In this document: one piece after another, positions 49,441 through 61,900 of the stretch
How the letters are laid out: each line of letters begins with the position of its first letter
Position numbering within the stretch: the first letter of the stretch is position 1
From: Balanoglossus misakiensis
Taxonomy: Eukaryota > Animalia > Hemichordata
Reading direction: 5' to 3'
DNA: 64,000 nt
Assembly (NCBI GenBank): GCA_040954595.2
Contig: CM082587.2
Location: 649,522 to 713,521, forward strand
The notes under the pieces: generated by a model
Told to the model about the DNA's origin: nothing
The model's database searches: none
Seen by the model: the letters and a program-made list of their open reading frames with translations, nothing else
Translations under genes and position numbers: made by a program

Positions 49441-52400
49441 TTCTCGTCTCTCTGCTGTGACAGCAGCGATGATGATGATGACGACGACGGCGTGGAGGAT
49501 CATCGGAAACTCAAAGGAAATTATATCCGATGTAGTACACCTCGAAGCAGGTGTGAATATTTCAGCAGGCAATACAGACTGGAAATTGAAAATGTAATAG
49601 CACATATAGAGGGGGGGATTAAAAATGAATTTATCAGTAATAATGCGGATCGCGCCAAAATGAGATATTAATACACGAATTAATAGAAAAGGAAATTAGC
49701 AGATTTCCGACCATGGCGCGCCGATTGAGGATGATATTGCCGTTTTCTGGGCGAGCTGCTTTATAATTTATTTGTCATGTTTTTCGAAGACTAGCACCCA
49801 TAAAAGACCCATTAAAACTTCAAGTTTTACGAACGTTTTACGTTATTCCAATTTCCTGCGTTGGGAAGAGGGCTATCTCAGTATCATCTCATTTAGTAGG
49901 ATACAAAGCTCGTTTAGACCTTAGTAGAATTCCTTTTAGCTATCCATCTTGCAGAATTGCCAGTCTGCATTTCAGACAGTCGTGGAAAAGAAAACCCCCC
50001 GAACTGCTTCCATGACATTTTAAATGCAGTGGAAATGCCTCGCTAGACATTGTTGATAAGATCAAAGGCAAATAATGACTGTTAATTTACATAATAGCAT
50101 CGAAATAAGGAATATCATTGGTTGATACGTAAGTCACACCAGGGGTACGCACAAACCGTTGAGTTTGGCCAAACCGTCTTTAGAAAATATTGAATTGATC
50201 ATCTATCTTTGAGAATACTTTTTTCTCTAAACCAAACTAAGAATAAAGTCCTTGACACAACTAGAAATACTTAATTTCTCGCCTTTTTTTGAAAACAAAA
50301 AGCAATCAGAATGACAACTCAAAACCAATGCAAGATTAATAACCAGACGACAGATACAAGGCGGGAAGAGCCAGGGTTACTTCTTGTTCAAAACCTTCAA
50401 ATTGAAAGCTCGCCCTGGGGCGCTACTCATACTCGGATGATCGAGAATATTACAAGTCCAAGTCGCTCAAGAATCACAATGGCGAAAATCCGTCTTCGTT
50501 CCACCCACCTCAACGGCAGAGACGGATTTGAATTCTAACGGGATTTCTTGTATCTGTGAGGGAAAGTTGTCTAACAAAATGGCATCGGTGTTTGTGTGCA
50601 TAATTAAAGACTGTTTCTAAGCCTCCCTGCGGCAAGATTGGTAACACTGTTGCTTTTTAAAGTTCGAGGGTTAATTATCTAACATGTCTTTATTTACTTT
50701 TCAACAACTGGGACCCTGTTATACTCAGCATTAATATGGAAAATAAATGAAAATTCAGCTAATCCTAAAAACTCTCCAACATGTTAATTACATGTATACA
50801 TGCACAGTATAAAAATTTAATCATCCCATCATGTCTTCTGGTTTTTACAGTAAAGATTTTGATTGGCTTTTTTGTACTGCTGACAGCCATATGTCCCAAT
50901 TATCAGACTGATTCTACCACTTTAAACTTTTACAAAGAAGTGAAATAGGAAAAAAACTGTCTAACAAGTGTTGAGGTCAATGCTCGTATCAAGTCGACTG
51001 GTTGTCATGTCTCTATGTAATGAATATAATTACAGTCAGAGAAATGCTCACTTGCCACTGTACTGTTTGTTCTCAATTTCGCCGACTTAACTCCAATTAT
51101 GCCGGATTAAACCGAAGCTGTTGCACAAACTAGTGCCGGGGCAATGATGTGCTTTTCTACAAAACGACTCTACCCTGAAATTACTGAGAATAACAAACGC
51201 ATAGAAATCTGCACATCAATGAGTATTAGGTAGTCATTTGCCAATCAACCCGCCTTGTTGGTTACTTGTTGTCTTTGATACATTTTCCTCTTGTCAAATG
51301 TAGTGTCCGTGACATCCTCATCACTTTTTGTCATGTTGAGCTAGTATAGTCTTCACACGGGAAATACCGCCAAAATGCTAAGAATCGACTGACCAATCAG
51401 ACAACGCCATTAAACATCAGAGCATGTAGTGAAGCTCTTGGAAAGTTTCTTCAAGATAACAATGTAGGCGAAGGTAAATCCTCTGTTCAGTTCGGCACCT
51501 CCAACGGACAGAATGTTTTTTTTCAACTTCTATTTTGAAGAAAAAAATCATGGAGAGTGCTACAGTCGTTGCTGCAGAGGATTGAGAATTAAAGCGCCGG
51601 AGACCCGCAGACGAGCCCTCTTCCTTTGAGCAACTCGTCAAACAGCGAGTAGAACCACTAATAGGCAAGTCAACAATCGGGTACTCGGTGAAAAGGTGTG
51701 CTTTAACATCAATCAAAGGTAGTAATCCTATTAAAATGGAGAGCCTTTTCCCCTTATTCAGCTCAATGAAAATCTCCCAATAAGTATGCCCTATACATAG
51801 TACTATTGTTGTCTGCAAAGGCGCCGCCATTACGTCCGTGTTCCCACGTCCACCATTTTGCATTAAGTGGATCAAAATCGTCCTTGTTAACGACTAATTT
51901 GCACTCTTGTGTCGTAATTAGTATAATTTGAAGTTCGCGTTGACGTATTTGTCGAGCCCGATTCCATATTCGCCACAGGACGAGCTACAATAGGCAATTA
52001 GACGAGAATTCTCCTTCTCTATTACCCTTATTCCGTCGCTAACGATGACAACGTTTCAAGCATTAATTGGAAGTTTCTCCGGCGCCTGTTAATTTGTTGA
52101 AAACTGGTGAAATGTTTATCGGGTAATTGGTGGAAGATTTCGTGCACTCACGACTATAACGATTTCCAGGGATCGTCCGAAATCGGCACCGTCCTCACGT
52201 TTGTTTATGCGTGCCAAGCTTTCTTGTAATTTCTCTGGTTTTTAATGAGGACGGTGATACCGCTATCGCGGCGGTGCCAGGCAAATATTGAGATCCTCTG
52301 GACAATAGCGTCCCCATTCCGTTAGACCAATTAACAGTATGGTCGTGAGAAGAACAAGACTTCAGCCGTGGCTCTTAACAAATCAACTTATTTGCTTACT

Positions 52401-54844
52401 CCGAACAAATAATTGCATAAGACACAAACATTATCCAGTAGGGAAATTTGCTTGACTGCAAGCAAAAATCCAACTGATCAAAGGCGACCGACTGTGCCGT
52501 CTTCTCGTGAAAGTTTAAAGATATCCACATTAGGCGAAGACGTGATATTAGCCCAGTTTTACACTTACCACTAATTTGACCAATTAAGTCCCCAAATCCC
52601 TTTTTGGAGTGATTCAAAAACCGCACAACCAATATCAGCTTGTAGCAAAACGTGCGAAGTGTCCAGTGTTGTCGCGTCTTCGATTTTTCGCTGAAAAGAA
52701 CTAGGCAGAATTAAGCGATTACGGCAACGTGAACAAGCCATGCATAGTCGACAGGCTGAAAGTAAACTCGGGTTTTGTCACGTAGAAATTGGTGAGAGTG
52801 ACAATTCAACGTGCATTGGACACGACTCTTTCCAAAGTTTTTTTTGATGACTATAGTAAACGAGGCCACCACAAACGCAAAGAACTGAAAGCCGCAAATA
52901 ATGAGTGGGAAGATTTTGATGTCAAAATGTGACTAAAGTGAAAATTAACATCAAGAAAAGATTTCACTTCCAATAGAACCGTTTCTGATAGCGGTCAAAT
53001 TAAACCGGTTCAGTATTTTATGTTTACCAGGACAGGCAGAGAAACTTAGCAAACTTTACCGAGAAAGTGCACTTCGTCGATTCACCTACCCTGACTCATT
53101 AGAGTAAAGATATATATCTCTCTCTTTCTCCATCTCTCTCTCTATTTTCTCTCCCCCCCCCAAAAAAAAAATAACGTCAAACGAAGCGTTCCTTGTAAGA
53201 AACCATGCGATTCCTATCATCGTGACAGTGTTGAAATGTTACCGTATCGGTTTCTTTCTTTTTTGCTTCTTTTGGTGGGCTTCTGTTGGGAAATTGCCAT
53301 TTCAATCTTACGTAAAACAGCGCTAGACTCCAGGGCAATGCAATCTTCTAATTAAAAATAACTGGACATCACTGCAAAGAAAAAAATATACCACATATTA
53401 AAGCATCTTCGATACCCTCTGACATTAAGTCACGTGTCTGTGTTTTTTTGTGAAATGTCGTTTCACCAAACAAAAAGTTCCCGCAGCACTTTCGTGCATG
53501 AATCATATAAGGTTTATTAAGACAGTGGATCGATAATTATGATATAATTATTCCCTGGGTGCGTGAATTCTGGTTTTCTTTATCAAGGTTCAGGGATAGC
53601 CGACATAACCGCAGCTGTACACTGACAGTCTGTTGTTGACGTAGTGTCGCTAGTTTATAATAGAAAACATGTCGTCTTGTCAACTTTACTCCCAAGAAGA
53701 AATCATCGACTCCCAGCTAACGAACGAAATTGGAAAATACCTCTGACATTGTTATCATAGACCGAAAACATCATTACCCTCATTGTAAAGTGGAGGGAAT
53801 TGTTCACGGTGACTGCTTAAGTAGGCAAATTACACAATTGTAGATCCATAAAGCTCTTTTTGTGAGGAAAGTTGAATGGTACGGGAGTGGGCCGAGCCTG
53901 CCTGATAATTAAGGATCGGGCGTGTAAACAGCGGTCTAAATTGAACGGAATCAAAATATAATTAGGCTATCATCGCGGAAAGATTGGCATGTTTTCTCAG
54001 CCAATATGCAGGCGGGGTGTTTAATAGCCCCGTACGGTTAGTCTCAATAGAAGGCAATTTTCCAAAGCACTTTCTGTTTGTTTTTTACTTCCTTTTCATT
54101 CGTACATATAGCCTCGCTCGCTCGTAATGGTAAGTTCGCTTCCAAAATGTCCACGTCCGGTACCTATAGATGTTGTCTTTGTATTCCTTATTCTAATGGC
54201 GCTTTTTGTGCGAGTGTTTGGACTGGCCTTTGGATTGGGCTTAACTGAACGCTGCAGCTTTTTTTTATTTTCCGGAGCGTATTGCTTCAGAGAAGAATTA
54301 CGACTAAAGAATCTAGCTAGCTATAGTGTGCCATAAAACTAGCTAGATTTTTTTGCACACTCTTTCTCCAGTGCGATTCAATATTTATAATCATCCCGAA
54401 GGTGAAATTTTCATTCAACTTTGTTCACAAGTGAAATATGCTATCTGCAGCTAACACATCCAAGTCGGCACCTTTCTCTATATATGATTGTTTTACAGTT
54501 TCCGGGGACGATACCTACTCTCAGGTTCTCTGAAAATTCTTAATGGTTCCGACACACTCTCCCCCTCGGCGCACGGCCACATGTTAAGTATTGCTTTTTA
54601 TCCAGGACCATTCATCACGTACGTTGTCGATAGTATATACCTTTAATTTTCACAGCCGTTTGACGATAATAAAAGGGCCAACAGCTAACTTTTTGTGTTG
54701 TTCCCCGGTGCAATTATCTAATATTTTGTCGGCTTGATGACATCAAATTATACTTGTACGCCTAAAGCGATAATTATGTATCACAGTAAGTAAGTAAGTA
54801 TACTTGGTAAGTTGGTAGTGTAGACCTTTGTGTGTAGAAGAGTG

Positions 54845-55217
<373 letters not shown>

Positions 55218-55222
55218 TTTTT

Positions 55223-55950
55223 GATGATTTTCATGAGCTATAACTTTAAGTTATAGCTCATGTATAACCCATGGTTTTTATCAAGAAATGACCAAATTTC
55301 GAAATTTCGCGAAGTCGAAAAATTGACATTTCTGGATGATTTTCATGAGCTATAACCCATGGTTTTTATCCATAAATGGCCAAATTTCGAAATTTCGCGA
55401 AAAGGAAAAATTGACATTTCTGGATGATTTTCATGAGCTATAACCCATGGTTTTTATCCATAAATGGCCAAATTTCGAAATTTCGCGAAGTCGAAAAATT
55501 GACATTTCTGGATGATTTTCATGAGCTATAACCCATGGTTTTTATCAAGAAATGACCAAATTTCGAAATTTCGCGAAGTCGAAAAATTGACATTTCTGGA
55601 TGATTTTCATGAGCTATAACCCATGGTTTTTATCAAGAAATGACCAAATTTCGAAATTTCGCGAAGTCGAAAAATTGACATTTCTGGATGATTTTCATGA
55701 GCTATAACCCATGGTTTTTATCAAAAAATCACCAAATTTCGAAATTTCGCGAAGTCGAAAAATTGACATTTCTGGATGATTTTCCTGAGCTATAACCCAT
55801 GGTTTTTATCAAAAAATCACCAAATTTCGAAATTTCGCGAAGTCGCAAAATTGACATTTCTGGATGATTTTCCTGAGCTATAACCCATGGTTTTTATCAA
55901 GAAATCACCAAATTTTCAAAATTCGCAAAGTCGAAAAATCTTCGATTTTT
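55223..55950. repeat. Satellite edge block: 88-bp variant, 8 units (first carries a 24-bp insertion, last is chimeric)
   Basis: Unit gatgattttcatgagctataacccatggtttttatcaagaaatgaccaaatttcgaaatttcgcgaagtcgaaaaattgacatttctg; units start at 55223, 55335, 55423, 55511, 55599, 55687, 55775 and 55863. Confidence 0.95.
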
Positions 55951-58900
55951 GACGATTTTCCTCAGCTATAACCCATGATTTTTTCAAAAAATGACCAAAT
56001 TTTCAAAATTCGCAAAGTCGAAAAATCTTCGATTTTTGACGATTTTCCTGAGCTATAACCCATGGTTTTTTCAAAAAATGACCAAATTTTCAAAATTCGC
56101 AAAGTCGAAAAATCTTCGATTTTTGACGATTTTCCTGAGCTATAACCCATGGTTTTTTCAAAAAATGACCAAATTTTCAAAATTCGCAAAGTCGAAAAAT
56201 CCTCGATTTTTGACGATTTTCCTGAGCTATAACCCATGGTTTTTTCAAAAAAAGACCAAATTTTCAAAATTCGCAAAGTCGAAAAATCCTCGATTTTTGA
56301 CGATTTTCCTGAGCTATAACCCATGGTTTTTTCAAAAAATGACCAAATTTTCAAAATTCGCAAAGTCGAAAAATCCTCGATTTTTGACGATTTTCCTGAG
56401 CTATAACCCATGGTTTTTTCAAAAAATGACCAAATTTTCAAAATTCGCAAAGTCGAAAAATCCTCGATTTTTGACGATTTTCCTGAGCTATAACCCATGG
56501 TTTTTTCAAAAAATGACCAAATTTTCAAAATTCGCAAAGTCGAAAAATCCTCGATTTTTGACGATTTTCCTGAGCTATAACCCATGGTTTTTTCAAAAAA
56601 TGACCAAATTTTCAAAATTCGCAAAGTCGAAAAATCCTCGATTTTTGACGATTTTCCTGAGCTATAACCCATGGTTTTTTCAAAAAATGACCAAATTTTC
56701 AAAATTCGCAAAGTCGAAAAATCCTCGATTTTTGACGATTTTCCTGAGCTATAACCCATGGTTTTTTCAAAAAATGACCAAATTTTCAAAATTCGCAAAG
56801 TCGAAAAATCCTCGATTTTTGACGATTTTCCTGAGCTATAACCCATGGTTTTTTCAAAAAATGACCAAATTTTCAAAATTCGCAAAGTCGAAAAATCCTC
56901 GATTTTTGACGATTTTCCTGAGCTATAACCCATGGTTTTTTCAAAAAATGACCAAATTTTCAAAATTCGCAAAGTCGAAAAATCCTCGATTTTTGACGAT
57001 TTTCCTGAGCTATAACCCATGGTTTTTTCAAAAAATGACCAAATTTTCAAAATTCGCAAAGTCGAAAAATCCTCGATTTTTGACGATTTTCCTGAGCTAT
57101 AACCCATGGTTTTTTCAAAAAATGACCAAATTTTCAAAATTCGCAAAGTCGAAATATCCTCGATTTTTGACGATTTTCCTGAGCTATAACCCATGGTTTT
57201 TTCAAAAAATGACCAAATTTTCAAAATTCGCAAAGTCGAAAAATCCTCGATTTTTGACGATTTTCCTGAGCTATAACCCATGGTTTTTTCAAAAAATGAC
57301 CAAATTTTCAAAATTCGCAAAGTCGAAAAATCCTCGATTTTTGACGATTTTCCTGAGCTATAACCCATGGTTTTTTCAAAAAATGACCAAATTTTCAAAA
57401 TTCGCAAAGTCGAAAAATCCTCGATTTTTGACGATTTTCCTGAGCTATAACCCATGGTTTTTTCAAAAAATGACCAAATTTTCAAAATTCGCAAAGTCGA
57501 AAAATCCTCGATTTTTGACGATTTTCCTGAGCTATAACCCATGGTTTTTTCAAAAAATGACCAAATTTTCAAAATTCGCAAAGTCGAAAAATCCTCGATT
57601 TTTGACGATTTTCCTGAGCTATAACCCATGGTTTTTTCAAAAAATGACCAAATTTTCAAAATTCGCAAAGTCGAAAAATCCTCGATTTTTGACGATTTTC
57701 CTGAGCTATAACCCATGGTTTTTTCAAAAAATGACCAAATTTTCAAAATTCGCAAAGTCGAAATATCCTCGATTTTTGACGATTTTCCTGAGCTATAACC
57801 CATGGTTTTTTCAAAAAATGACCAAATTTTCAAAATTCGCAAAGTCGAAAAATCCTCGATTTTTGACGATTTTCCTGAGCTATAACCCATGGTTTTTTCA
57901 AAAAATGACCAAATTTTCAAAATTCGCAAAGTCGAAAAATCCTCGATTTTTGACGATTTTCCTGAGCTATAACCCATGGTTTTTTCAAAAAATGACCAAA
58001 TTTTCAAAATTCGCAAAGTCGAAATATCCTCGATTTTTGACGATTTTCCTGAGCTATAACCCATGGTTTTTTCAAAAAATGACCAAATTTTCAAAATTCG
58101 CAAAGTCGAAAAATCCTCGATTTTTGACGATTTTCCTGAGCTATAACCCATGGTTTTTTCAAAAAATGACCAAATTTTCAAAATTCGCAAAGTCGAAAAA
58201 TCCTCGATTTTTGACGATTTTCCTGAGCTATAACCCATGGTTTTTTCAAAAAATGACCAAATTTTCAAAATTCGCAAAGTCGAAATATCCTCGATTTTTG
58301 ACGATTTTCCTGAGCTATAACCCATGGTTTTTTCAAAAAATGACCAAATTTTCAAAATTCGCAAAGTCGAAATATCCTCGATTTTTGACGATTTTCCTGA
58401 GCTATAACCCATGGTTTTTTCAAAAAATGACCAAATTTTCAAAATTCGCAAAGTCGAAAAATCCTCGATTTTTGACGATTTTCCTGAGCTATAACCCATG
58501 GTTTTTTCAAAAAATGACCAAATTTTCAAAATTCGCAAAGTCGAAAAATCCTCGATTTTTGACGATTTTCCTGAGCTATAACCCATGGTTTTTTCAAAAA
58601 ATGACCAAATTTTCAAAATTCGCAAAGTCGAAAAATCCTCGATTTTTGACGATTTTCCTGAGCTATAACCCATGGTTTTTTCAAAAAATGACCAAATTTT
58701 CAAAATTCGCAAAGTCGAAAAATCCTCGATTTTTGACGATTTTCCTGAGCTATAACCCATGGTTTTTTAAAAAAATGACCAAATTTTCAAAATTCGCAAA
58801 GTCGAAAAATCCTCGATTTTTGACGATTTTCCTGAGCTATAACCCATGGTTTTTTCAAAAAATGACCAAATTTTCAAAATTCGCAAAGTCGAAAAATCCT

Positions 58901-61900
58901 CGATTTTTGACGATTTTCCTGAGCTATAACCCATGGTTTTTTCAAAAAATGACCAAATTTTCAAAATTCGCAAAGTCGAAAAATCCTCGATTTTTGACGA
59001 TTTTCCTGAGCTATAACCCATGGTTTTTTCAAAAAATGACCAAATTTTCAAAATTCGCAAAGTCGAAAAATCCTCGATTTTTGACGATTTTCCTGAGCTA
59101 TAACCCATGGTTTTTTCAAAAAATGACCAAATTTTCAAAATTCGCAAAGTCGAAAAATCCTCGATTTTTGACGATTTTCCTGAGCTATAACCCATGGTTT
59201 TTTCAAAAAATGACCAAATTTTCAAAATTCGCAAAGTCGAAAAATCCTCGATTTTTGACGATTTTCCTGAGCTATAACCCATGGTTTTTTCAAAAAATGA
59301 CCAAATTTTCAAAATTCGCAAAGTCGAAAAATCCTCGATTTTTGACGATTTTCCTGAGCTATAACCCATGGTTTTTTCAAAAAATGACCAAATTTTCAAA
59401 ATTCGCAAAGTCGAAAAATCCTCGATTTTTGACGATTTTCCTGAGCTATAACCCATGGTTTTTTCAAAAAATGACCAAATTTTCAAAATTCGCAAAGTCG
59501 AAAAATCCTCGATTTTTGACGATTTTCCTGAGCTATAACCCATGGTTTTTTCAAAAAATGACCAAATTTTCAAAATTCGCAAAGTCGAAAAATCCTCGAT
59601 TTTTGACGATTTTCCTGAGCTATAACCCATGGTTTTTTCAAAAAATGACCAAATTTTCAAAATTCGCAAAGTCGAAAAATCCTCGATTTTTGACGATTTT
59701 CCTGAGCTATAACCCATGGTTTTTTCAAAAAATGACCAAATTTTCAAAATTCGCAAAGTCGAAAAATCCTCGATTTTTGACGATTTTCCTGAGCTATAAC
59801 CCATGGTTTTTTCAAAAAATGACCAAATTTTCAAAATTCGCAAAGTCGAAAAATCCTCGATTTTTGACGATTTTCCTGAGCTATAACCCATGGTTTTTTC
59901 AAAAAATGACCAAATTTTCAAAATTCGCAAAGTCGAAAAATCCTCGATTTTTGACGATTTTCCTGAGCTATAACCCATGGTTTTTTCAAAAAATGACCAA
60001 ATTTTCAAAATTCGCAAAGTCGAAAAATCCTCGATTTTTGACGATTTTCCTGAGCTATAACCCATGGTTTTTTCAAAAAATGACCAAATTTTCAAAATTC
60101 GCAAAGTCGAAAAATCCTCGATTTTTGACGATTTTCCTGAGCTATAACCCATGGTTTTTTTCAAAAAATGACCAAATTTTCAAAATTCGCAAAGTCGAAA
60201 AATCCTCGATTTTTGACGATTTTCCTGAGCTATAACCCATGGTTTTTTTCAAAAAATGACCAAATTTTCAAAATTCGCAAAGTCGAAAAATCCTCGATTT
60301 TTGACGATTTTCCTGAGCTATAACCCATGGTTTTTTCAAAAAATGACCAAATTTTCAAAATTCGCAAAGTCGAAAAATCCTCGATTTTTGACGATTTTCC
60401 TGAGCTATAACCCATGGTTTTTTCAAAAAATGACCAAATTTTCAAAATTCGCAAAGTCGAAAAATCCTCGATTTTTGACGATTTTCCTGAGCTATAACCC
60501 ATGGTTTTTTCAAAAAATGACCAAATTTTCAAAATTCGCAAAGTCGAAAAATCCTCGATTTTTGACGATTTTCCTGAGCTATAACCCATGGTTTTTTCAA
60601 AAAATGACCAAATTTTCAAAATTCGCAAAGTCGAAAAATCCTCGATTTTTGACGATTTTCCTGAGCTATAACCCATGGTTTTTTCAAAAAATGACCAAAT
60701 TTTCAAAATTCGCAAAGTCGAAAAATCCTCGATTTTTGACGATTTTCCTGAGCTATAACCCATGGTTTTTTCAAAAAATGACCAAATTTTCAAAATTCGC
60801 AAAGTCGAAAAATCCTCGATTTTTGACGATTTTCCTGAGCTATAACCCATGGTTTTTTCAAAAAATGACCAAATTTTCAAAATTCGCAAAGTCGAAAAAT
60901 CCTCGATTTTTGACGATTTTCCTGAGCTATAACCCATGGTTTTTTCAAAAAATGACCAAATTTTCAAAATTCGCAAAGTCGAAAAATCCTCGATTTTTGA
61001 CGATTTTCCTGAGCTATAACCCATGGTTTTTTCAAAAAATGACCAAATTTTCAAAATTCGCAAAGTCGAAAAATCCTCGATTTTTGACGATTTTCCTGAG
61101 CTATAACCCATGGTTTTTTCAAAAAATGACCAAATTTTCAAAATTCGCAAAGTCGAAAATTCCTCGATTTTTGACGATTTTCCTGAGCTATAACCCATGG
61201 TTTTTTCAAAAAATGACCAAATTTTCAAAATTCGCAAAGTCGAAAAATCCTCGATTTTTGACGATTTTCCTGAGCTATAACCCATGGTTTTTTCAAAAAA
61301 TGACCAAATTTTCAAAATTCGCAAAGTCGAAAAATCCTCGATTTTTGACGATTTTCCTGAGCTATAACCCATGGTTTTTTCAAAAAATGACCAAATTTTC
61401 AAAATTCGCAAAGTCGAAAAATCCTCGATTTTTGACGATTTTCCTGAGCTATAACCCATGGTTTTTTCAAAAAATGACCAAATTTTCAAAATTCGCAAAG
61501 TCGAAAAATCCTCGATTTTTGACGATTTTCCTGAGCTATAAACCCATGGTTTTTTCAAAAAATGACCAAATTTTCAAAATTCGCAAAGTCGAAAAATCCT
61601 CGATTTTTGACGATTTTCCTGAGCTATAACCCATGGTTTTTTCAAAAAATGACCAAATTTTCAAAATTCGCAAAGTCGAAAAATCCTCGATTTTTGACGA
61701 TTTTCCTGAGCTATAACCCATGGTTTTTTCAAAAAATGACCAAATTTTCAAAATTCGCAAAGTCGAAAAATCCTCGATTTTTGACGATTTTCCTGAGCTA
61801 TAACCCATGGTTTTTTCAAAAAATGACCAAATTTTCAAAATTCGCAAAGTCGAAAAATCCTCGATTTTTGACGATTTTCCTGAGCTATAACCCATGGTTT

